64,000 nt of DNA from Callorhinchus milii. Its lineage: Eukaryota. The translations under genes and the position numbers were made by a program. The stretch is from contig NW_024704742.1 of the NCBI RefSeq assembly GCF_018977255.1, positions 16,370,001 through 16,434,000 of the forward strand. Reading direction: 5' to 3'. Positions 10,490 through 23,611 of the stretch are shown in pieces. The notes beneath the pieces were generated by a model. That model was not told the DNA's origin. It worked only from the letters and a program-made list of their open reading frames with translations, and searched no databases. Each line of letters begins with the position of its first letter. Position 1 is the stretch's first letter.

Positions 10490-12954
10490 CCATGGTGAAA
10501 ATGATTATCTTTTTTCCTACTGCTGATGTGTACTACAGTACTACACCTGACAGTAATTATTTATGAAGCGTTTTGAGATGTTTTCATGTTATAGGCACAA
10601 TGAGGGCAAGAATCAACCCTAAACCTATGGGATATTTTGTTTATCTTATTCAAACTGGATTCACTATTGGTGGCCTTTTATACAGTTGTACAAACCATCA
10701 AAACTTCATCAATCCTGTCAAGTGCCATATCAAATGCAAGGATTATCATTATCAGATATTCCTGCACATTGAGACAAATGCTTCACAGACCACATTTGAA
10801 TTTGTGCTCAAAACTGTCCATTTACAAGCTATTATCCCAGCATTAATTTAATGCTGATGCAAATTTATTCAAAAGGGACCTTCAGTAATGAATCTTGCCA
10901 GTTTATGGAAACAGTAAAATCAGGGAGATTATTAAGCACCTATTGATATTAAACTGGAACTGACCTGAAATGAATTGGGACAATAACTGCTTAGCTTACA
11001 ATCAGTGTAATGATAATGTAACTCTTATGCAAACTAACTTAAAGACAATTTTCTTCATCATGCAATCACTGTAACATTTTCAAGGGTCTAAAATCAGAAT
11101 CCAGCTCATTGATTCAGCCTTCTCAAAGTAAAGGGCTCTTACCATGTTACCTGTGATAACACACTTTCAAATAAGATGTTAATAATTCCATTTCTATTGC
11201 AAGTTTGCCATGTTATTCTTACTGGGCAAAAGAGGTGTCTAACACCTCCATACTGAAGTAGGATTACAGAATAAGGTTTACAACGACTGGGATTTTTAAT
11301 TAACATACGTGTTTAAAGTCACATATTCCCTATGGTTTAACATTGCTTTCAGCAGAAGAGGAATCCACCTCTCCATCGGTGGGCAAGCTTCCAGTCATGT
11401 TATCTCCTCTCGCTGGAACTTCCTCCGTCTCAAAGCTCCCTTTCCACCTTTAAATCTATTTTTTCACTTGTGCTTTTGGTCCCCTCCCCCCGCCACACAC
11501 ACAACCTTCTCAGCTACCCCTCTCCCCCTCTCTTAGCTGTGTGAAGCACTTTGAGACATGAAAGGTTACGTATAAATGTAAATTAATGTTGTTGATTCAG
11601 AGGATTTATATGTGCTCTGAAACACTGAGATATACTGAAAGACAATCCAGCAACTAAGCACATTTGCAGAGCTCTGCTAACTAGCACTAAACACTCCTAA
11701 TTTTGTTAGAAAGCTGCAGATACCTTAGTGGTTAAATGTACTGTGTGGTATTGGATCAGAAGGTCTAAGGTTTAAACCCTGATTTGTGCCAAGTTGGATG
11801 ATCTGAACCAAAGCATCAGTGGGCAGTGCCTCAAATTGCCACAGGGTCACATGTCTAGGATGGAAAATAATGGCTAAAGTTCCCACTCCAATCTTAACTC
11901 ACAGTCTTAACTTTGAAGCCTGTTTACTACTTGCAGTTCTAAAAGAACTTACTGAAAACAGACTTCAAAATGAAGGCTGTATTGAACAATTTTCCAAATT
12001 CTGGAGACGTTAAAATGCACTATAAATAGCACTTATAACTATAGCACTTATATAATTAGCAATGGTAAATAGTAAATCTAGATCCAGATGGAATTTTTTA
12101 CATAAATTGCATAATAGTGTATTTTGACATGTTACTAAATGTGTTATCCAGGGATGTGGCTGTCATTCAAACTGGTATTGAAATAAATATGAATTACAAT
12201 TGATTATTTAATTGATACACATTGAATTGAACAAGGAATTTTGCCCCTTTGGCAACACAACACATAGATCTAATTGAGCTGTTTCAACTAAAAGATATTG
12301 CTGATGATTTGAGAGGACATAAAGCAGCCTTGTGAGAATGAGCCTGATTATGCTATAATAGTAAAGGTACTGCTAAGACTGTTTTTTTAAATGGGATTCA
12401 TATGCAAAGATAGTATCTTTGGGAGATGAAAATTCTCAATATAACAAGATATGAATTGCTCACATAAGGACTCAAATCAATCTTTGGAAAAGAAAATATC
12501 ATAGAAATGTATTATTATTGAATAATATTTCAACAGCCTAATACAGGCAGACTATTGAATATTCATGAAGCTAGCCAATATTAATTTGAAATCCATGGAT
12601 TATTTTGAAGCCTAATTAAAGTTTGACATTTCAGAAACGATTAGATAAATAAAATAATATTTCCCCAGCAAAATGGACCAGTTTGCATTTGCAAAATGCA
12701 CTTTATAATCAGAAATAAAGTAACAAAGGTTAAATGCTCTCTGTGGATTAAATTTGTGAGTGGATTTTATTGGAAAATATTGTATGGCATACTGTTGGAT
12801 TAAACAAAACAGTAATCCTGTCATCAAGTGCAGGGAATGCTCAAGTGAGTATTCTCTCTCCCCTTTTTTCTTCTTCTGGAATATGACATTACTGGGCTTC
12901 TGATATACATGTGTATTTTCTAGCATTGGTCACACAGAGGATACAGTTCAGATA

Positions 12955-13365
12955 CTGGTCCTCTCCTTTAAAGCCTTTCATGGCCTCACTCCCCCCTCCC
13001 TAACTTTGCGACCTCCTGACCCCATACAACCCTCCTGCTCCGTCCTCTCAGTGGGCTCTGGCCTGCTTCACGTCCCCTGCCTCGCCCGCCCCATTGGCTG
13101 GCGGATCTTCTGCCACTCTGCCCCCACCCTCTGCAACTCCATCCTACAGTCCCTCCACCTCGCCCCCTCCCTTGCCTCCTTCAAAACCCATCTCAAGACC
13201 CTCCTCTTTGACCTTGCTTTCGATCACCCTCCTTCCCCCTCTGCCCGTCACCCTCCCCAATCCCACCCCCCAGCTTGGGTCCAAAACACTGACTGTTTTG
13301 AGATATCCTCCTGACGTGAAAGGCACTACATAACTGTAATTTTGCTGCTGTTGTTGTTCTTGTTC
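12955..13365 (+). mobile_element. L2 LINE 3' fragment
   Basis: GSGLLHVP...FCHSAPTLCNS...SFKTHLKTLLF; tail cctcctgacgtgaaaggcact followed by gttgtt. Confidence 0.85.
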
Positions 13366-13874
13366 TTATTGTAGTGATTGGACCTTCAATCCACAGGTTG
13401 AACTGGCACTGGAATTTCATACCTTTTTATGATTATCTCATCCACTTTTGTTTTTCTTAAACTTTCCAAAAATAAGTACTTAAGACTGACACGTTAATAT
13501 ACTTTTTGATTTGTTTCAAATGGACCGACAGTGCATTTTCAAAATTTCTGATTTTATTTTGCTTTGCATTCATATTCAATCATTTTAATGTTTCTATTTT
13601 TAAACTGCATGAGATTCCTGTGTTAAATATAAGCTATTGATTCCACAGTTTAAATCCAAGTACTTTCTGCCTTTAAGAGCCTAACCTATAAGTCTCTGAA
13701 CAAAATCCTCCACATATTCTTATCCTTTTTTTAAATGTGTTTAGCAGTTAGGAACCTAGGATGGAGTTATGGTTGAAAGTACATTGAAACTGTTTGCCCA
13801 AAATCAAAATCAATCAATCAAAACCCTAAATGTGCTGAATGGTGCCAAAACACAAATACAATTAAGTTTAACAG

Positions 13875-14260
13875 GTACATAACCTTTCTCCTCTGGGACC
13901 TGGATCTTGAACCCAGTTTAGATTGATAGGACGAAGGTCTCCTACAGTTATCCATCCTAACAGAAATTAATTTGGATGCTCTCAAACTATATTCTGATGT
14001 TCACCACTCTACAATAGAGATCATTCAGTATTTGGAATGAATTAACATAATTCACTGTCACTGTAACATAATGGCACTGTCACTTAAAAATATCACGAGA
14101 ATGACTGTTTTGGCAAATGAAACACCATGGCAGAGTAGAGAGTGCTCTTTTGTTCATAGGGCACAGTGTTTGTGCCCAAGGCTTTCACAATGGCCAAAGC
14201 TGCTATGTTGATGATGGAAATTGGCATTTGACTGAAGGGAACACTTGCTTGAAAATTCCA
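13875..14260 (+). mobile_element. Ancient SINE remnant (LF-SINE-like)
   Basis: Degenerate head cctttctcctctgggacctggatcttgaacccag; highly diverged body. Confidence 0.35.
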
Positions 14261-16905
14261 TGCACTTGATGACAGCTAAAAATTAATTCAGTCGGTATCT
14301 TGCGAAAGAGCACTCATACACAGCCTCCAGGACCTGAAATAACACAGATATCAGAATAGCAAAGGTGGTGCAGATTTTTAAAAAAGTGTTCTTCAATACT
14401 TTTTCAATATGTCGACAATGTATATGGGGGGAGGAGAGATGCTGGGAGGTAATCAGTAACTGGCAATAATGAAGCGATGGTCTAAATTTATGTCTTTTCA
14501 TAATACGTTTGACATTGAACACATTATGCACCATTATGAATTCCACTCCCTTCAGTGCTAATTAATAATTTGCAATGTTGCAGTTTTCATTCCTTCGTCA
14601 TGACACAGACGAGAACAATGCTCCTGCTTAAAGCCTATGCAGTGCCCGAAGACTGCAAATGTAAATATTTAAGATTTAAATAATACATTTAGTGAAGGAA
14701 AATCATAATTATAAATGTGAAGGGGTGTAACGACAACAGCAATGTTATTGTAACTATTGGGTAGGGTCAAAAACTATGCTTTTGACATGAGGCAATAAAT
14801 ATAGCTAACCGCACGATACACAAAACAGTTAACTACTTACATTTAATTCCATTGAATGATATGGTATGGAAACAAGCCATTTAACCCAACATTGCTGGTG
14901 TTTATGCTTCGTACAAGCTTCCACCCCTACTACTCCCCTTTCATATTCCTCACTTCATGCGGTCTTAGGTTTTATTGAAGTAACTTGCACAAATAACTAA
15001 ATACATTAATGTTCACATAAATTAAAACTGGAGTGATCAGCAAAATGGAGGACTGCTGACGAGATTAAAAAAAACTGTTCTAAAGCAATTTCACACGCGA
15101 GTTAACAATGTTGTTTTAGGCAACCACATTGATGAGGTTGATGTTCTGTGATCGGATAAAACTTCAACAGTCAGCGCTGAATTTGTGCTCCAGTCATAGG
15201 TGGGGGATGTTTGTGTGTGAAAGGGTGGGGGGGCATCGCTGAGTACAGCTCAGATAAAAAATTGGTCCCCTTTAAGACAGGTGAGCCATTGGGTTTCATA
15301 ATACGGCCAATCCAAGGTAGGCACGCTTCACCAAGTAGCCCAATGGATCAGAAATGGGCACTGCTAGGGAGATAGGAGAGGGGTAAGAGGGGGCCTGCAG
15401 GTTCCACATGTTGGGGCTGCTCGACTACAGGCTCCGGTCCTCCTCAAGGCTTTCCCCTCCCAATTCCCCATAAAGAGATGAGCGGAAGGTAAATTTGTGG
15501 GACTGAGCCTCCTCTAGCCCCCTCTCTCTAGCCCTAACCATCTGTCACTTATGGTTCCAGTTATTCTTCAATAGACAGAAACAAAACATTGGCATTTCAC
15601 TCTGATCAATGTTTGGTCACTTACGTTCAATTTCAATCAGTTGTCTAGAAACATAGAAATTTCAGCACAGGAGGCGGCCATTGGCCCCATCGTGGCTGTG
15701 CTGTGCTAGAACCCAGCTGCAGCTCTCTATTCCAAACCCATAGCCAGGGACTTTCCACATACCCTTTAATAGGCTGAGAGTTGTGAGATGTGATGTGATA
15801 ATTATAACTTATGACAACTGTTAATATACTTTATTTTTGTGGATGTTTGTGGGGAAAATTGTCTTTTGGGAAGCAACCAGTGTGCCAAATTTTTCAGTGG
15901 GGTCCAAAACACTGATTGTCTAGGGCCTTGGGATGTCCTCCCGATATGAAAAGCGCTATATAAATGTAATTTTGTGGTTTTGTTGTTTGATTCGCTGGGT
16001 GCCACATAGGTGAAAATAGTTTGTCACATGGGTAACCGTGTTATATTTATTAGTCAAAATCTACTGTTTTGGCTGAAGGTATCTTTTGAGTTTTCATTCT
16101 CAATCCCATTTAAAATCTTATATACCTCTATCAGAACCTTCTGAGATATCTCCTTTCAAGACTAAAGATTTTCAAGACTAAAAGGCCTTTGCTTGTTTAA
16201 TCATTGCTAATAGCTCATTCCTCTAACACAAGAGGTCATCCTTGTTGCTTTTCTATGTGGTCTCTAGGGCCTGAGCGGACCCTTCATATCATGGCAACCA
16301 GAACGGTATCATCATCCGGATTTAGTCTATGTGATTCCTACCAAATTGTAACTATCGGTTACCACCAGTGTCTCTAATGTCACCATTTAATTTCAGTTGC
16401 CTCTAGCATCAATATTCATGTCTCTAATTTTACTCTTTGTCCCTTACCTTTATTATCTGGTTGCCTGGTCTTGCTACCTGGGGCCTAATATCTTATTGCT
16501 TTTGTGTTAGATATTTCATCTCTTTTTTAGTCTATTTTGGTACACAAAATACACTGCATGAATTTGAGGAAAACAAATGTGATTTCTATTTTTGTTTAAA
16601 ATTGCATCTCAGCCTTCAAATAGCCAGAAGCCAAAAATGAGCAGCAACTGACACTGTTACAATGAGGTAATCCCACATTGTATTTTAAAACCAAAAAGGG
16701 AGGGGGGAGATAATCAATTTAGTTACTTTAGTGCATCCATTCTTTCCTCTTGGTGTAACATATTCAAATTTAAAGCAATAGAAATGTGCTGGTGCCAAGT
16801 GTAAATATTTCAACAGGTTCTTTTTACTGCCAATATAAGACAGTCACCATATACTGCCATTGCTAAATACCTCTATATATCCACCTCAAAATTCCCTTGT
16901 GACTT

Positions 16906-17330
16906 TCATAGAATCATAGAATTATACAGCACAGAAGGAAATCATTTGGCCCATCGTGTCTGTGCTGGTTCTTTGAAAAGAGCTATCCAATTCAATCCTA
17001 CTCCCCTGCCCTCTCCCCATAGTCCTGCAAACTTGTCCTCCCCAAATAATTATCTACATCTCTTTTAAAAATTGTTATCGAATCAGCTTCCACCACCCTT
17101 TCAGGCAATGCATTCCAGATCCAAACAATTCGCTGTGTGCAAACGTTCTCCTCACCTCCCCTCTGTTTCTTTTAGCGACTATTTTAAATTGATGCCTTCG
17201 GGTTACCGACCCACCTGTCAGTGGAAATAATTTCTCCTTGTTCACCCTATCGAATCCCCTCATAATTTTGAAAACTTCTATATGTCTCCTCATTACCTTC
17301 TCTACTCCAAGGAGAATAATCCTAGCAATA
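16906..17330 (-). mobile_element. CR1 LINE 3' fragment
   Basis: (ATTCTATG)n tail on the minus strand; IEVFKIMRGFDRVNKEKLFPL. Confidence 0.9.
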
Positions 17331-18268
17331 ATCCAACACTTTCATGAAAAATATTCTTAAGCAGGAAACTTACCTTATGGCCACAACACCTTCTTCAAAT
17401 CCATTGATTCATTGTTATGGGTCTGTCACACCATTGAACTAACTACTGTATAGCTGTAACCTTGCAAAGTCTTTCAATTATTTATTTGAGCTTAAGAAAG
17501 TATTTCATGGAGTAAATTAAAGAGCCTAAAATATAGGCTAAATGTTCTCTACAGTAAAAATGAATCACTATAGGCTTTGCTGTCTGAATAGACCCCAGCA
17601 ATTTCTCCCCAATTTATTCCTTAAAAACACAGCTGTATTTTTGAGAGGCTAAACAGGGTGATTCTCTGATGAATGGTACATTTGCAAACCTTGATGGGCA
17701 AGAACATCTTATTCTCCATTGGCATATACATTTTGCTCATGAGGAAACTGACACTGCCAAGCTCTGTAAATTTAGTAGTCTTTAAAGAATCATCCCTGTT
17801 GTGATTAAACAATGTTTCTGTCTGACAGTGCCACAAGCTGGGGACTGTTGTACCAGTAACTCAGTGTCTAAGAGTTGTCCTCAAAATAAGGTTACAGCAC
17901 AAGTGATTCCTTCTAGGGGACACTAATTGCAATGCAGAATTTGGAGGTAGTTAGAATTTTGCTTATTTTATGTTTTAAAAATGCTTGTTCTGTAGATTTA
18001 TGTGTCTTTGAGGTGTCCTGAATAATGGGCATAATTTGGCACTAAGAGGGTGAGCAGTTCAATGTACTTTTCCCTAGCTTCTTGTGGGGAACAGCCTGGC
18101 CTCAATGCTTCTCCAAAAGTGGTTTAACTCAGCTTGAAAACTCACCATGTTAAGTGCAAAGCTATGTTCTGCTGCTTTATGGCTCAGTACAACAGTTTAA
18201 CATTGTACTGCAGCTCACCGTATTCATTTGTGTGCTGGAAATTAGCTAACAAAATGAACTAACATCCA

Positions 18269-18621
18269 GGAGTGCTGTAGCATATTGGTTGGAGCACTCG
18301 CCTCACAAGCAAGAGGACCTTGGTTCGATTCCTAGTCGGGGCGAAATCTTAGGTGGGTTTCCTTACTCACATGTCTCTACTTGCTTAGTGGTAAATAGGA
18401 ACCCGGTTGTTAGCCAATTGGCAGATCGCTTTCCGGGCATAATAATCCCTCCAAAAAAAAGATGTGGTCACTCAATCCATGACTGTTTGTACACAATTCC
18501 TTGCTGTGTTTCTCCCACAAAATACAGTCAATTAATTTTACAATATATTCTGTGAAGCACTTTGAGCGTCTTAACAATGTGATAAGGCACTATATCAAAT
18601 GGAATGATTATTATTTATTAT
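18269..18621 (+). mobile_element. tRNA/CORE/Deu SINE, long older variant
   Basis: tRNA head with B-box ggttcgattcc, extra segment taggaacccggttg...gcagatcgctt, L2-type tail. Confidence 0.8.
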
Positions 18622-19193
18622 TGACAAGTAATATTAATCCTTGCATTTAATATGTTTGTTCACAAAACACTTTACAGTATATCCTGTGAAGTTCTTTGGG
18701 TCATTTTCTCTCTGAAAGGCACTATACCAAATGTAAGGATTATTGTTATTTTAATAACCCTTATCATGTCATTTAAATATCTTAAAGCACTTCACAGGAT
18801 TTATAGTCGAGTTCAGTGAATGTGCATTGATATGCAAACAGGACAGCCCATTTGTTCATAGCAATGTCCCACAAACAGCCATGACATTTTTTATCTGGGG
18901 TATTGTTAGCCAGGACACCAGGAGAAACACTTCTCTTTTTGAATAATGTCATCGGAAATAAAACCATTTAAAACATTGATTGTTTTCTATCCATCCATCT
19001 CAATCACACCATTGTTATGTGCTCTAAGACACTTTAATGGCCACATTAGCAGACAGACAGCACCTTAGTATAACATCTCATCTGAAGGATGGCACCTTCG
19101 ACAGTGCAGCGTATCCCTAGCACTGCACTGGAGTGTCACAAGATCACAAGACTGGTTTGAATAAAGAAATCCCTTCAACCTATCTGATCTCAT

Positions 19194-19563
19194 GGAGTCC
19201 TATAGATTAATGGTTAGAGCACTTGCCTCGCATATGAGAGGACCTGGGTTTGAATCCCGGCAGGGCAAACCGTTGGAGAAGTTTCCTTACTTCACATGCC
19301 TCTGTTCACCTAGCAGGAAGTAGGAACCCGGTTGTGAGTCGATTGGCAGATCGCTTTTCCCGGGGTAATAATTCCTCCAAAATAATATAATAATAACTTG
19401 GTCATTTAATCCATGACTGTTTGTGGGACACTGCTGTGCGCAATTGACTGCCATATCTCGCCTACAAAATATACAGTGAATTCAGTTTACAATATATTCT
19501 GTGAAGTGCTTTGAGACATCTTGAAGATGTGATAAGGTGCTATACTAAAGGCAAGGATTATTT
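19194..19563 (+). mobile_element. tRNA/CORE/Deu SINE, long older variant
   Basis: Same architecture as 18269; Deu core gactgtttgtgggacactgctgtgcgcaattg. Confidence 0.85.
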
Positions 19564-20094
19564 TTATTGTTGATATGACATGCTGCATTTATGAACTTGT
19601 GCACTTTACAACTAGTTGGGACATATCTGTATTCAACAATTCAGGCAAAGGTGAAAATTTGATTTTAAAGTATTACATTTAACCATATGTTGCTGTAACG
19701 TTCAGTGCTACAATCTGCAGAATATCAAATGACTCAATACTGATGATTAAAATAGCAACTTCACCGGCAGTGCACGTAAGCCTTCTGGCAAGAATAAGGG
19801 CCAATTTAGAAATGAAAAAACAAAGTTTCTGGTGAGGAGATGACAAAGAGCTCCATTTTCAGTCACTTTATAGTCCATAAAGTCGTAAGTGGAAGTTCAT
19901 ACAGCCAGAAGCCAAAAGTTAGCAACAACTAACAGACTTGCAATAAGGTGATCCTAAGGCCTAACTTAAATACAACAAGAGAGCAAGAAATCCTTGATTC
20001 AGTTATGACTAATGAACCAAAAAGAGGTATCGATTTGGGGTTTGAGGAGAACCCTGAGAATATTAATTCTAATATAAATTAATTTAGTAAATAC

Positions 20095-20497
20095 AATACA
20101 GATTTACATTTATACAACACCTTTAATGTTGGCACTAAACAATCCTGGCTTGGCACCCAAGATGGGGGAGGGAACCAAGAGGGGTGGGGTGGGGAAATAT
20201 AACCGAAAGCACAGTCAAAGAGCTGGATCTTGAGATGGACTTTGAGAGAGGGAGGAAGTTGGACGGCCTCCAGGATGGAGTTTCAGAAAGTGGGGGCAGA
20301 GAGCCTGAAAGCCTGAGGATGGATGGTGGGGATTTAGGCCGGAGATGTGAAGCACTCAGTGCCCGCCGAAAGAGGGGAGCAGCCAGGTTGATAGGGTTTG
20401 AGGAGGTAGCAGATGGATTTAATGGTGAGAATGAGAATCTTGTACTCGGTCAGCTGGAGAATGGGAGACCAATAGAGCTGGGTGAGGATGGGGGTGT
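20095..20497 (-). mobile_element. Old L2 3' fragment
   Basis: Purine-rich strand matching the reverse complement of the L2 3' end (caggatggagtttcagaaagtgggggcagaga). Confidence 0.65.
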
Positions 20498-20849
20498 TAA
20501 CAACTAACAGAATTGCAATGAGGTAAAATCAAGACCTAATTTAAATCCAACATGCGAGCAGGAGATTATTATTATTGTTGATATGACATGTTGTTTTTAT
20601 GAACTTGGGCATTTTACAATAGGTTGCATTTTGTCCTCCTGGGATTCGAACCCAGGTCCTCTCGCTTGCGAGGCAAATGCTCTAACCACTTATTATTCTG
20701 CTCCCTTTATTTAAAGATGAAAGATGTGCTAAGCTAATCTCTGTTTACTAAATTTGACAAATTTATTCCTGTGTGTTTATAAATAACTGGAATGACATTT
20801 TATATCTATAATTGAATTTTGTCAGAGATTTTAAATGTTATTCGTTATT

Positions 20850-21290
20850 AATAATAAAATAAATAATCCTTGCATTTGATATAGCACCTTTTACATTGTG
20901 AGAACGTCACAAAGCATTTCACATTGTAAATTATAGTGACTGTCTATGTTTCTATGTGAAATGTGACAGCGAATTTTGTGCACATCAACTTCCCATAACT
21001 TAAGCAACAATGAAGTGAATAACAAATTTTATTTTGGAGAATGTAGCCAGTGATAGATATATCTACCTTCTCTATTCAAATTGTGCCATGGAGTCTTTAA
21101 TGTCCACCTAAACAGGCAGAGAAACCTTGGTTTAACATCTCATCTGAAGATTTGCACCTCCAACAATGCAGAGCAACCCCCACACTGTATTGAAGTATCA
21201 GTTAAGATTCTGAGTTCAAAGTCCTTATGTCAGGTTTGAACCCACATCTCTCTCAGAGGAGGGAGTGCTACCAATGGAACCAGGCTGACA
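20850..21290 (-). mobile_element. Old Deu-SINE
   Basis: aataatccttgcatttgatatagc tail through to the tRNA head ggtttgaacccac...gtgctacca. Confidence 0.7.
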
Positions 21291-23611
21291 GCTTATTAAT
21301 AAGCACACAAGGGAAAAGTTGCTAAATTAGAAGAGAATGGAGCACTAAATTAATGAGTGCAGTTAAAAGAATATCAAAACTTGCTAAAAGAGAGGAGTAA
21401 CCCTGTATTCCTTATGATCACAGCCCATGTTACTGTTCTCTCTCTCTCTCTTGGAACAAAAAACAGCTCCCATTTTTTTTTACAAAGACAGTGGCCTTTT
21501 AAGAAAAGTGAATCGGATAGCATTGATTTTTAACATCAATGCCTTGTGACATTTCTGATCTGTGCAAGGATGATACTATTTTTTCCCCTGAACGCTACAT
21601 TTTCCTCAGCTTGCGTTTGCATTGAATTATATTATCAAAAAGAAAAATACAATTTAATAATTGATATTATTTCCTAGGTTTCACAAAGTGATAAATTATT
21701 CACATTTTGGAAAATTATAGAATTTTGAATGATGTCTATAAACCTCCATTTGCTATTATGCACTCAAGGTACAAAAGGTTATACACTACTATATAGTGCT
21801 TTGGAGAAGTTCAGCTTGCTGTTTGACTTAATGCAAAATCAAGAGAGCAGCTTGTTCTTTTAACCAGGTCTTTAGATTTGAAAAATGGGGTTGGGACTCA
21901 CGCACTGCCTTTTACTGAATTGCAAAAATACCAATTTAGGACATAATATGTATGCTTCCTCTTAAAATTCCACTGTCTACTTAAACTAAATTTCAGACTG
22001 AGTGGCATATTTGAATACTTGTACTCTGTCCTTTCATTTCTAAGGTTTGTGTTTAAATCCACCCTAGTTTGTGAGATGAATCTTATATCTTTGTTCTTCT
22101 GTGTTTAACTGTTCTAATAGAGTTGAATTTGGAGCTCAGAAACACAGGAACTAGTTTGCTTGTAGATTCTGGAGGCAGTGTTTAAGTGATTGATTCTGCT
22201 TTTTGCTGCACCCAAACATCCATCTCCATGATTGGGAGCACATCAGAGCATAGAAATCCTCAGATGCTAGCATTATTCAATGTTATCAAGTAACATGACT
22301 TGCATCGGTTAATGTGTTTCATTGTATGGAGTCAGTGTCGTACATTTATGTCACGGATAATTTCAAATTCAATGGGGAAAAATAATAAATACAATTAATA
22401 ATAATAATAATCCTTGCCTTGGATATAGCACATTATTCCATCTTTTCAAAGCACTTCACAGAATATATGGTAAAGTGAATTGATGGTATATGTTGTGGGC
22501 AAAATGCATCTAATCATTTTGTTTAAATGAAATGAAAATGGGCTATGGTCAACTCAGCAGTAACTGCATAGAGATAGCATTGCAAAAAAAAGGTCTAAAA
22601 TATTCCCCAAATATCTGTGATAGTTGGGGTAGAGTGGGAGGAAGCTTTATTATGACTGCAGCTTTACCTGGTCTCCCAAAGCTTGAATAAGCTTGAGTCT
22701 GATACAATGGAACAAAAGTGAAACCGGTTGCATTTTCTAGCCTTGGCATATATTCGCCCAATGCACACATTAATCCATCAAAAATAAAGCATTATCAGAT
22801 ACCCTGTTTGTGTAAAACATGGTGGAATTAATAAAATATTTGCTCATTAAAGGACCTTCATGACACGATCATGTGGCTTTCTACCAATTTTTATGCGGTG
22901 AATATTTTGCTTATATCAGGTTCAAAGAGGATTGGACTATAGCTCACAGAAACTCATGTATAAAATATGGACAGTGAGGTAGGCAATAATTTAACTGAGG
23001 TCTTCAGTGAATGTCATGAACCACAAGAATAAGTCTTGAGTGGTTTGTGACAGTCATCTGAACCGCCAGAATAAACAAATCCCTTACACTGACTTGTTGT
23101 TATCTATCATTTTTGACAATTTTGTATAACCTTAATAAAATGAAACAACGTTAAGGACAATTGGAAGTTACAGCTTCCTGGATAACTCTACCAGCAAGAT
23201 TGCAGGCATTCAGCAACAATTATAAATTCCCTCTCTTACTGAAAGTGATTCACAATGTGTACTGTCCATAAATAAAATCAACGTGTGTGTGTAATTTGCA
23301 GTATGAGATGTGCTAATTATCACTGGTGATAATTACCACATCAGACACTGTGCAATTTCTTGTCAACATATCATTCTACTAAATTATACATATTTATATG
23401 AAAAAATGCAAAAATTGTTCATTTACATTTTAAAATTGTTCTTATTTGCACATTTATATCATAATTCACAATTATTCACCAAATAATGTAAATAATGTTT
23501 AATAACAAACAACATTACAAATATAAACTTCCCCAGTCGCACCAATAGTAGAAAAAAATTATAAAATAAAACGTTTAATGGAAAGAAATTCTCATCAGAG
23601 TAAGCAGGTGC

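Noticed and set aside
17369..17425. Strong minus-strand donor AAG|GTAAGT
   Set aside because: The upstream candidate exon has stops in all frames and only a weak acceptor.
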